A stretch of 64,000 nt of DNA from Eledone cirrhosa (taxonomy: Eukaryota): the NCBI GenBank assembly GCA_964016885.1, contig OZ024742.1, positions 347,510,001 to 347,574,000 on the forward strand. Direction: 5' to 3'. Below the pieces are notes generated by a model. It was given only the letters and a program-made list of their open reading frames with translations, was not told the DNA's origin and did not search any database. The stretch's first letter is position 1; the number at the start of each line of letters is the position of its first letter. This document shows positions 47,701-61,510 of the stretch, piece by piece. Both the position numbers and the translations under genes were made by a program.

Positions 47701-50700
47701 CTTCCCTCACCCCATCACATCTCTATATCACAGTCATCTCTCACCCCATCACATCTCTATATCAGTCTTCTCTCACCCCATCACATCTCTATATCACAGT
47801 CTTCTCTCACCCCATCACATCTCTATAACACAGTCTTCTCTCACCCCATCACATCTCTATATCAGTCTTCTCTCATCCCATCACATCTCTATATCAGTCT
47901 TCTCTCACCCCATCACATCTTTATATCACAGTCTTCTCTCACCCCATCACATCTCTATATCACAGTCTTCCCTCACCCCATCACATCTCTATATCAGTCT
48001 TCTCTCATCCCATCACATCTCTATATCAGTCTTCTCTCACCCCATCACATCTCTATATCAGTCTTCTCTCACCCCATCACATCTCTATATCACAGTCTTC
48101 TCTCACCCCATCACATCTCTATATCAGTCTTCTCTCACCCCATCACATCTCTATATCAGTCTTCTCTCACCCCATCACATCTCTATATCACAGTCTTCCC
48201 TCACCCCATCACATCTCTATATCAGTCTTCTCTCACCCCATCACATCTCTATATCACAGTCTTCTCTCACCCCATCACATCTCTATATCACAGTCTTCTC
48301 TCACCCCATTACATCTCTATATTACAGTCTTCTCTCACCCCATCACATCTCTATATCACAGTCTTCTCTCATCCCATCACATCTCTATATCACAGTCTTC
48401 TCTCACCCCATCATATCTCTATATCACAGTCTTCTCTCACCCCATCACATCTCTATAATACAGTCTTCTCTCACCCCATCACATCTCTATAACACAGTCT
48501 TCTCTCACCCCATCACATCTATATATCACAGTCTTATCTCACCCCATCACATCTCTATAATACAGTCTTCTCTCACGCCGTCATATCTCTTTATCACAGT
48601 CTTCTCTCACCCCATCACATCTCTATATCACAGTCTTCTCTCACTCCATCACATCTCTATAACACAGTCTTCTCTCACCCCATCACATCTCTATATCACA
48701 GTCTTCTCTCATCCCATCACATCTCTATATCACAGTCTTCTCTCACCCCATCATATCTCTATATCACAGTCTTCTCTCACCCCATCACATCTCTATATCA
48801 GTCTTCCCTCACCCCATCACATCTCTATATCACAGTCTTCCCTCACCCCATCACATCTCTATATCAGTCTTCCCTCACCCCATCACATCTATATAACACA
48901 GTCTTCTCTCACCCCATCACATCTCTATATCACAGTCTTCTCTCACCCCATCACATCTCTATATCAGTCTTCTCTCACCCCATCACATCTCTATATCACA
49001 GTGTTCTCTCATCCCATCACATCTCTATATCAGTCTTCCCTCACCCCATCACATCTCTATATCACAGTCTTCTCTTACCCCATCACATCTCTATATCAGT
49101 CTTCTCTCACCCCATCACATCTCTATATCACAGTCTTCTCTCACCCCATCACATCTCTATATCAGTCTTCCCTCACCCCATCACATCTCTATATCAGTCT
49201 TCTCTCACCCCATCACATCTCTATATCAGTCTTCCCTCACCCCATCACATCTCTATATCAGTCTTCTCTCACCCCATCACATCTCTATATCAGTCTTCTC
49301 TCACCCCATCACATCTCTATATCACAGTCTTCTCTCACCCCATCACATCTCTATATCACAGTCTTCTCTCACCCCATCACATCTCTATATCACAGTCTTC
49401 CCTCACCCCATCACATCTCTATATCACAGTCTTCTCTCACCCCATCACATCTCTATATCACAGTCTTCTCTCACCCCATCACATCTCTATATCAGTCTTC
49501 TCTCACCCCATCACATCTCTATATCACAGTCTTCTCTCACCCCATCACATCTCTATATCACAGTCTTCTCTCACCCCATCACATCTCTATATCACAGTCT
49601 TCCCTCATCCCATCACATCTCTATATCAGTCTTCTCTCACCCCATCACATCTCTATATCACAGTCTTCTCTCATCCAATCACATCTCTATATCAGTCTTC
49701 TCTCACCCCATCACATCTCTATATCAGTCTTCTCTCACCCCATCACATCTCTATATCAGTCTTCTCTCATCCCATCACATCTCTATATCAGTCTTCTCTC
49801 ACCCCATCACATCTCTATATCACAGTCTTCCCTCACCCCATCACATCTCTATATCAGTCTTCTCTCATCCCATCACATCTCTATATCAGTCTTCTCTCAC
49901 CCCATCACATCTCTATATCAGTCTTCTCTCACCCCATCACATCTCTATATCAGTCTTCCCTCACCCCATCACATCTCTATATTAGTCTTCTCTCACCCCA
50001 TCACATCTCTATATCACAGTTTTCCCTCACCCCATCACATCTCTATATCAGTCTTCTCTCATCCCATCACATCTCTATATCAGTCTTCTCTCATCCCATC
50101 ACATCTCTATATCAGTCTTCTCTCACCCCATCACATCTCTATATCAGTCTTCCCTCACCCCATCACATCTCTATATCACAGTCTTCTCTCACCCCATCAC
50201 ATCTCTATAACACAGTCTTCTCTCATCCCATCAAATCTATAACACAGACTTCTCTCACCTCATCACATCTCTATATCACAGTCTTCTCTCACCCCATCAC
50301 ATCTCTATAACACAGTCTTCTCTCACCCCATCACATCTCTATAACACAGTCTTCTCTCATCCCATCACATCTCTATATCACAGTCTTCTCTCATCCCATC
50401 ACATCTCTATATCACAGTCTTCTCTCACCCCATCACATCTCTATAACACAGTCTTCTCTCACCCCATCACATCTCTAAAACACAGTCTTCTCTCATCCCA
50501 TCACATCTATATAACACAGACTTCTCTCACCTCATCACATCTCTATAACAGTCTTCTCTCACCCCATCACATCTCTATATCACAGTCTTCTCTCACCCCA
50601 TCACATCTCTATAACAGTCTTCTCTCACCCCATCACATCTCTATAACACAGTCTTCTCTCATCCCATCACATCTCTATATCAGTCTTCCCTCACCCCATC

Positions 50701-53700
50701 ACATCTCTATATCAGTCTTCTCTCACCCCATCACATCTCTATATCACAGTCTTCCCTCACCACATCACATCTCTATATCAGTCTTCTCTCATCCCATCAC
50801 ATCTCTATATCAGTCTTCTCTCATCCCATCACATCTCTATATCAGTCTTCTCTCACCCCATCACATCTCTATATCAGTCTTCCCTCACCCCATCACATCT
50901 CTATATCACAGTCTTCCCTCACACCATCACATCTCTATATCAGTCTTCTCTCACCCCATCACATCTCTATATCACAGTCTTCTCTCACCCCATCACATCT
51001 CTATATCAGTCTTCTCTCACCCCATCACATCTCTATATCAGTCTTCTCTCATCCCATCACGTCTCTATATCACAGTCTTCTCTCACCCCATCACATCTCT
51101 ATATCAGTCTTCTCTCACCCCATCACATCTGTATATCACAGTCTTCTCTCATCTCATCACATCTCTATAACACAGTCTTCTCTCACCCCATCACATCTCT
51201 ATATCACAGTCTTCTATCACCCCATCACATCTCTATATCAGTCTTCCATCACCCCATCACATCTCTATATCACAGCCTTCTCTCATCTCATCACATCTCT
51301 ATAACACAGTCTTCTCTCACCCCATCACATCTCTATATCACAGTCTTCTCTCACCCAATCACATCTCTATATCACAGTCTTCTCTCACCCCATCACATCT
51401 CTATATCAGTCTTCTCTCATCCCATCACATCTCTATATCAGTCTTCTCTCACCCCATCACATCTCTATATCACAGTCTTCTCTCATCTCATCACATCTCT
51501 ATATCACAGTCTTCTCTCACCCCATCACATCTCTATAACACAGTCTTCTCTCATCCCATCACATCTCTATATCACAGTCTTCTCTCATCCCATCACATCT
51601 CTATATCACAGTCGTCTCTCACCCCATCACATCTCTATATCACAGTCATCTCTCACCCCATCACATCTCTATATCACAGTCTTCTCTCACCCCATCACAT
51701 CTCTATATCACAGTCTTCTCTCACCCCATCACATCTCTATATCACAGTCATCTCTCACCCCATAACATCTCTATATCAGTCTTCTCTCACCCCATCACAT
51801 CTCTATATCACAGTCTTCTCTCACCCCATCACATCTCTATATCACAGTCATCTCTCACCCCATCACATCTCTATATCAGACTTCTCTCACCCCATGACAT
51901 CTCTATATCACAGTCTTCTCTCACCCCATCACATCTCTATAACACAGTCTTCTCTCACTCCATCACATCTCTATATCAGTCTTCTCTCATCCCATCACAT
52001 CTCTATATCAGTCTTCTCTCACCCCATCACATCTCTATATCACAGTCTTCTCTCACCCCATCACATCTCTATATCAGTCTTCCCTCACCCCATCACATCT
52101 CTATATCAGTCTTCTCTCACCCCATCACATCTCTATATCAGTCTTCTCTCACCCCATCACATCTCTATATCACAGTCTTCTCTCACCCCATCACATCTCT
52201 ATATCAGTCTTCTCTCACCCCATCACATCTCTATATCAGTCTTCTCTCACCCCATCACATCTCTATATCACAGTCTTCCCTCACCCCATCACATCTCTAT
52301 ATCAGTCTTCTCTCACCCCATCACATCTCTATATCACAGTCTTCTCTCACCCCATCACATCTCTATATCACAGTCTTCTCTCACCCCATCACATCTCTAT
52401 ATTACAGTCTTCTCTCACCCCATCACATCTCTATATCACAGTCTTCTCTCATCCCATCACATCTCTATATCACAGTCTTCTCTCACCCCATCACATCTCT
52501 ATATCAGTCTTCTCTCACCCCATCACATCTCTATATCACAGTCTTCTCTCACCCCATCACATCTCTATATCAGTCTTCCCTCACGCCATCACATCTCTAT
52601 ATCACAGTCTTCTCTCACCCCATCACATCTCTATATCAGTCTTCTCTCACCCCATCACATCTCTATATCACAGTCTTCTCTCACCCCATCACATCTCTAT
52701 ATCAGTCTTCTCTCACCCCATCACATCTCTATATCACAGTCTTCTCTCACCCCATCACATCTCTATATCAGTCTTCTCTCACCCCATCACATCTCTATAA
52801 CACAGTCTTCTCTCACCCCATCACATCTCTATATCACAGTCTTCTCTCACCCCATCACATCTCTATATCAGTCTTCTCTCACCCCATCACATCTCTATAT
52901 CACAGTCTTCTCTCACCCCATCACATCTCTATATCAGTCTTCTCTCACCCCATCACATCTCTATATCACAGTCTTCTCTCACCCCATAACATCTCTATAA
53001 CACAGTCTTCTCTCACCCCATCACATCTCTATAACACAGTCTTCTCTCACCCCATCACATCTCTATATCACAGTCTTCTCTCACCCCATCACATCTCTAT
53101 ATCACAGTCTTCTCTCAGCCCATCACATCTCTATATCACAGTCTTCTCTCACCCCATCACATCTCTATATCAGTCTTCTCTCATCCCATCAGATCTCTAT
53201 ATCAGTCTTCTCTCACCCCATCACATCTCTATATCACAGTCTTCTCTCATCTCATCACATCTCTATATCACAGTCTTCTCTCACCCCATCACATCTCTAT
53301 ATCACAGTCTTCTCTCATCCCATCACATCTCTATATCACAGTCTTCTCTCATCCCATTACATCTCTATATCACAGTCTTCTCTCACCCCATCACATCTCT
53401 ATATCACAGTCATCTCTCACCCCATCACATCTCTATATCAGTCTTCTCTCACCCCATCACATCTCTATATCACAGTCTTCTCTCACCCCATCACATCTCT
53501 ATAACACAGTCTTCTCTCATCCCATCAAATCTATAACACAGACTTCTCTCACCTCATCACATCTCTATATCACAGTCTTCTCTCACCCCATCACATCTCT
53601 ATAACACAGTCTTCTCTCACCCCATCACATCTCTATAACACAGTCTTCTCTCATCCCATCACATCTCTATATCACAGTCTTCTCTCATCCCATCACATCT

Positions 53701-56700
53701 CTATATCACAGTCTTCTCTCACCCCATCACATCTCTATAACACAGTCTTCTCTCACCCCATCACATCTCTAAAACACAGTCTTCTCTCATCCCATCACAT
53801 CTATATAACACAGACTTCTCTCACCTCATCACATCTCTATAACAGTCTTCTCTCACCCCATCACATCTCTATATCACAGTCTTCTCTCACCCCATCACAT
53901 CTCTATAACAGTCTTCTCTCACCCCATCACATCTCTATAACACAGTCTTCTCTCATCCCATCACATCTCTATATCACAGTCTTCTCTCACCCCATCACAT
54001 CTCTATATCACAGTCTTCTCTCACACCATCACATCTCTATATCACAGTCTTCTCTCACCCCATCACATCTCTATAACTCAGTCTTCTCTCACCCCATCAC
54101 TTCTCTATATCACAGTCTTCTCTCATCCCATCACATCTCTATATCACAGTCTTCTCTCACCCCATCATATCTCTATATCACAGTCTTCTCTCACCCCATC
54201 ACATCTCTATAATACAGTCTTCTCTCACCCCATCACATCTCTATAACACAGTCTTCTCTCACCCCATCACATCTATATATCACAGTCTTATCTCACCCCA
54301 TCACATCTCTATAATACAGTCTTCTCTCACGCCGTCATATCTCTTTATCACAGTCTTCTCTCACCCCATCACATCTCTATATCACAGTCTTCTCTCACTC
54401 CATCACATCTCTATAACACAGTCTTCTCTCACCCCATCACATCTCTATATCACAGTCTTCTCTCATCCCATCACATCTCTATATCACAGTCTTCTCTCAC
54501 CCCATCATATCTCTATATCACAGTCTTCTCTCACCCCATCACATCTCTATATCAGTCTTCCCTCACCCCATCACATCTCTATATCACAGTCTTCCCTCAC
54601 CCCATCACATCTCTATATCAGTCTTCCCTCACCCCATCACATCTATATAACACAGTCTTCTCTCACCCCATCACATCTCTATATCACAGTCTTCTCTCAC
54701 CCCATCACATCTCTATATCAGTCTTCTCTCACCCCATCACATCTCTATATCACAGTGTTCTCTCATCCCATCACATCTCTATATCAGTCTTCCCTCACCC
54801 CATCACATCTCTATATCACAGTCTTCTCTTACCCCATCACATCTCTATATCAGTCTTCTCTCACCCCATCACATCTCTATATCACAGTCTTCTCTCACCC
54901 CATCACATCTCTATATCAGTCTTCCCTCACCCCATCACATCTCTATATCAGTCTTCTCTCACCCCATCACATCTCTATATCAGTCTTCCCTCACCCCATC
55001 ACATCTCTATATCAGTCTTCTCTCACCCCATCACATCTCTATATCAGTCTTCTCTCACCCCATCACATCTCTATATCACAGTCTTCTCTCACCCCCATCA
55101 CATCTCTATATCACAGTCTTCCCTCACCCCATCACATCTCTATATCACAGTCTTCTCTCACCCCATCACATCTCTATATCACAGTCTTCTCTCACCCCAT
55201 CACATCTCTATATCAGTCTTCTCTCACCCCATCACATCTCTATATCACAGTCTTCTCTCACCCCATCACATCTCTATATCACAGTCTTCTCTCACCCCAT
55301 CACATCTCTATATCACAGTCTTCCCTCATCCCATCACATCTCTATATCAGTCTTCTCTCACCCCCATCAAATCTCTATATCACAGTCTTCTCTCATCCAA
55401 TCACATCTCTATATCAGTCTTCTCTCACCCCATCACATCTCTATATCAGTCTTCTCTCACCCCATCACATCTCTATATCAGTCTTCTCTCATCCCATCAC
55501 ATCTCTATATCAGTCTTCTCTCACCCCATCACATCTCTATATCACAGTCTTCCCACCCCATCACATCTCTATATCAGTCTTCTCTCATCCCATCACATCT
55601 CTATATCAGTCTTCTCTCACCCCATCACATCTCTATATCAGTCTTCTCTCACCCCATCACATCTCTATATCAGTCTTCCCTCACCCCATCACATCTCTAT
55701 ATTAGTCTTCTCTCACCCCATCACATCTCTATATCACAGTTTTCCCTCACCCCATCACATCTCTATATCAGTCTTCTCTCATCCCATCACATCTCTATAT
55801 CAGTCTTCTCTCATCCCATCACATCTCTATATCAGTCTTCTCTCACCCCATCACATCTCTATATCAGTCTTCCCTCACCCCATCACATCTCTATATCACA
55901 GTCTTCCCTCACCCCATCACATCTCTATATCAGTCTTCTCTCACCCCATCACATCTCTATATCACAGTCTTCTCTCACCCCATCACATCTCTATATCAGT
56001 CTTCTCTCACCCCATCACATCTCTATATCAGTCTTCTCTCATCCCATCACGTCTCTATATCACAGTCTTCTCTCACCCCATCACATCTCTATGTCAGTCT
56101 TCTCTCACCCCATCACATCTCTATATCACAGTCTTCTCTCATCTCATCACATCTCTATAACACAGTCTTCTCTCACCCCATCACATCTCTATATCACAGT
56201 CTTCTCTCACCCCATCACATCTCTATATCAGTCTTCCATCACCCCATCACATCTCTATATCACAGCCTTCTCTCATCTCATCACATCTCTATAACACAGT
56301 CTTCTCTCACCCCATCACATCTCTATATCACAGTCTTCTCTCACCCAATCACATCTCTATATCACAGTCTTCTCTCACCGCATCACATCTCTATATCAGT
56401 CTTCTCTCATCCCATCACATCTCTATATCAGTCTTCTCTCACCCCATCACATCTCTATATCACAGTCTTCTCTCATCTCATCACATCTCTATATCACAGT
56501 CTTCTCTCACCCCATCACATCTCTATAACACAGTCTTCTCTCATCCCATCACATCTCTATATCACAGTCTTCTCTCATCCCATCACATCTCTATATCACA
56601 GTCTTCTCTCACCCCATCACATCTCTATATCACAGTCATCTCTCACCCCATCACATCTCTATATCAGTCTTCTCTCACCCCATCACATCTCTATATCACA

Positions 56701-59700
56701 GTCTTCTCTCACCCCATCACATCTCTATATCACAGTCATCTCTCACCCCATAACATCTCTATATCAGTCTTCTCTCACCCCATCACATCTCTATATCACA
56801 GTCTTCTCTCACCCCATCACATCTCTATATCACAGTCATCTCTCACCCCATCACATCTCTATATCAGACTTCTCTCACCCCATGACATCTCTATATCACA
56901 GTCTTCTCTCACCCCATCACATCTCTATAACACAGTCTTCTCTCACCCCATCACATCTCTATATCAGTCTTCTCTCATCCCATCACATCTCTATATCAGT
57001 CTTCTCTCACCCCATCACATCTCTATATCACAGTCTTCTCTCACCCCATCACATCTCTATATCACAGTCTTCCCTCACCCCATCACATCTCTATATCAGT
57101 CTTCTCTCATCCCATCACATCTCTATATCAGTCTTCTCTCACCCCATCACATCTCTATATCAGTCTTCCCTCACCCCATCACATCTCTATATCAGTCTTC
57201 TCTCACCCCATCACATCTCTATATCAGTCTTCTCTCACCCCATCACATCTCTATATCACAGTCTTCTCTCACCCCATCACATCTCTATATCAGTCTTCTC
57301 TCACCCCATCACATCTCTATATCAGTCTTCTCTCACCCCATCACATCTCTATATCACAGTCTTCCCTCACCCCATCACATCTCTATATCAGTCTTCTCTC
57401 ACCCCATCACATCTCTATATCACAGTCTTCTCTCACCCCATCACATCTCTATATCACAGTCTTCTCTCACCCCATCACATCTCTATATTACAGTCTTCTC
57501 TCACCCCATCACATCTCTATATCACAGTCTTCTCTCATCCCATCACATCTCTATATCACAGTCTTCTCTCACCCCATCACATCTCTATATCAGTCTTCTC
57601 TCACCCCATCACATCTCTATATCACAGTCTTCTCTCACCCCATCACATCTCTATATCAGTCTTCCCTCACGCCATCACATCTCTATATCACAGTCTTCCC
57701 TCACCCCATCACATCTCTATATCAGTCTTCTCTCACCCCATCACATCTCTATATCACAGTCTTCTCTCACCCCATCACATCTCTATATCAGTCTTCTCTC
57801 ACCCCATCACATCTCTATATCACAGTCTTCTCTCACCCCATCACATCTCTATATCAGTCTTCTCTCACCCCATCACATCTCTATAACACAGTCTTCTCTC
57901 ACCCCATCACATCTCTATATCACAGTCTTCTCTCACCCCATCACATCTCTATATCAGTCTTCTCTCACCCCATCACATCTCTATATCACAGTCTTCTCTC
58001 ACCCCATCACATCTCTATATCAGTCTTCTCTCACCCCATCACATCTCTATATCACAGTCTTCTCTCACCCCATAACATCTCTATAACACAGTCTTCTCTC
58101 ACCCCATCACATCTCTATAACACAGTCTTCTCTCACCCCATCACATCTCTATATCACAGTCTTCTCTCACCCCATCACATCTCTATATCACAGTCTTCTC
58201 TCACCCCATCACATCTCTATATCACAGTCTTCTCTCACCCCATCACATCTCTATATCAGTCTTCTCTCATCCCATCACATCTCTATATCAGTCTTCTCTC
58301 ACCCCATCACATCTCTATATCACAGTCTTCTCTCATCTCATCACATCTCTATATCACAGTCTTCTCTCACCCCATCACATCTCTATATCACAGTCTTCTC
58401 TCATCCCATCACATCTCTATATCACAGTCTTCTCTCATCCCATTACATCTCTATATCACAGTCTTCTCTCACCCCATCACATCTCTATATCACAGTCATC
58501 TCTCACCCCATCACATCTCTATATCAGTCTTCTCTCACCCCATCACATCTCTATATCACAGTCTTCTCTCACCCCATCACATCTCTATATCACAGTCATC
58601 TCTCACCCCATAACATCTCTATATCAGTCTTCTGTCACCCCATCACATCTCTATATCACAGTCTTCTCTCACCCCATCACATCTCTATATCACAGTCATC
58701 TCTCACCCCATCACATCTCTATATCAGTCTTCTCTCACCCCATCACATCTCTATATCACAGTCTTCTCTCACCCCATCACATCTCTATAACACAGTCTTC
58801 TCTCACCCCATCACATCTCTATATCAGTCTTCTCTCATCCCATCACATCTCTATATCAGTCTTCTCTCACCCCATCACATCTCTATATCACAGTCTTCTC
58901 TCACCCCATCACATCTCTATATCACAGTCTTCCCTCACCCCATCACATCTCTATATCAGTCTTCTCTCATCCCATCACATCTCTATATCAGTCTTCTCTC
59001 ACCCCATCACATCTCTATATCAGTCTTCCCTCACCCCATCACATCTCTATATCACAGTCATCTCTCACCCCATCACATCTCTATATCAGTCTTCTCTCAC
59101 CCCATCACATCTCTATATCACAGTCTTCTCTCACCCCATCACATCTCTATAACACAGTCTTCTCTCACCCCATCACATCTCTATATCAGTCTTCTCTCAT
59201 CCCATCACATCTCTATATCAGTCTTCTCTCACCCCATCACATCTTTATATCACAGTCTTCTCTCACCCCATCACATCTCTATATCACAGTCTTCCCTCAC
59301 CCCATCACATCTCTATATCAGTCTTCTCTCATCCCATCACATCTCTATATCAGTCTTCTCTCACCCCATCACATCTCTATATCAGTCTTCTCTCACCCCA
59401 TCACATCTCTATATCACAGTCTTCTCTCACCCCATCACATCTCTATATCAGTCTTCTCTCACCCCATCACATCTCTATATCAGTCTTCTCTCACCCCATC
59501 ACATCTCTATATCACAGTCTTCCCTCACCCCATCACATCTCTATATCAGTCTTCTCTCACCCCATCACATCTCTATATCACAGTCTTCTCTCACCCCATC
59601 ACATCTCTATATCACAGTCTTCTCTCACCCCATTACATCTCTATATTACAGTCTTCTCTCACCCCATCACATCTCTATATCACAGTCTTCTCTCATCCCA

Positions 59701-61510
59701 TCACATCTCTATATCACAGTCTTCTCTCACCCCATCATATCTCTATATCACAGTCTTCTCTCACCCCATCACATCTCTATAATACAGTCTTCTCTCACCC
59801 CATCACATCTCTATAACACAGTCTTCTCTCACCCCATCACATCTATATATCACAGTCTTATCTCACCCCATCACATCTCTATAATACAGTCTTCTCTCAC
59901 GCCGTCATATCTCTTTATCACAGTCTTCTCTCACCCCATCACATCTCTATATCACAGTCTTCTCTCACTCCATCACATCTCTATAACACAGTCTTCTCTC
60001 ACCCCATCACATCTCTATATCACAGTCTTCTCTCATCCCATCACATCTCTATATCACAGTCTTCTCTCACCCCATCATATCTCTATATCACAGTCTTCTC
60101 TCACCCCATCACATCTCTATATCAGTCTTCCCTCACCCCATCACATCTCTATATCACAGTCTTCCCTCACCCCATCACATCTCTATATCAGTCTTCCCTC
60201 ACCCCATCACATCTATATAACACAGTCTTCTCTCACCCCATCACATCTCTATATCACAGTCTTCTCTCACCCCATCACATCTCTATATCAGTCTTCTCTC
60301 ACCCCATCACATCTCTATATCACAGTGTTCTCTCATCCCATCACATCTCTATATCAGTCTTCCCTCACCCCATCACATCTCTATATCACAGTCTTCTCTT
60401 ACCCCATCACATCTCTATATCAGTCTTCTCTCACCCCATCACATCTCTATATCACAGTCTTCTCTCACCCCATCACATCTCTATATCAGTCTTCCCTCAC
60501 CCCATCACATCTCTATATCAGTCTTCTCTCACCCCATCACATCTCTATATCAGTCTTCCCTCACCCCATCACATCTCTATATCAGTCTTCTCTCACCCCA
60601 TCACATCTCTATATCAGTCTTCTCTCACCCCATCACATCTCTATATCACAGTCTTCTCTCACCCCATCACATCTCTATATCACAGTCTTCTCTCACCCCA
60701 TCACATCTCTATATCACAGTCTTCCCTCACCCCATCACATCTCTATATCACAGTCTTCTCTCACCCCATCACATCTCTATATCACAGTCTTCTCTCACCC
60801 CATCACATCTCTATATCAGTCTTCTCTCACCCCATCACATCTCTATATCACAGTCTTCTCTCACCCCATCACATCTCTATATCACAGTCTTCTCTCACCC
60901 CATCACATCTCTATATCACAGTCTTCCCTCATCCCATCACATCTCTATATCAGTCTTCTCTCACCCCATCACATCTCTATATCACAGTCTTCTCTCATCC
61001 AATCACATCTCTATATCAGTCTTCTCTCACCCCATCACATCTCTATATCAGTCTTCTCTCACCCCATCACATCTCTATATCAGTCTTCTCTCATCCCATC
61101 ACATCTCTATATCAGTCTTCTCTCACCCCATCACATCTCTATATCACAGTCTTCCCTCACCCCATCACATCTCTATATCAGTCTTCTCTCATCCCATCAC
61201 ATCTCTATATCAGTCTTCTCTCACCCCATCACATCTCTATATCAGTCTTCTCTCACCCCATCACATCTCTATATCAGTCTTCCCTCACCCCATCACATCT
61301 CTATATTAGTCTTCTCTCACCCCATCACATCTCTATATCACAGTTTTCCCTCACCCCATCACATCTCTATATCAGTCTTCTCTCATCCCATCACATCTCT
61401 ATATCAGTCTTCTCTCATCCCATCACATCTCTATATCAGTCTTCTCTCACCCCATCACATCTCTATATCAGTCTTCCCTCACCCCATCACATCTCTATAT
61501 CACAGTCTTC
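38830..61510. repeat. Tandem duplication of an 11,324-bp block (2 copies; ~38,830-50,153 and ~50,154-61,510)
   Basis: Marker pairs 38901/50225, 40570/51894, 43431/54755, 44767/56091, 45558/56882 and 49001/60325 all differ by exactly 11,324. Confidence 0.92.
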
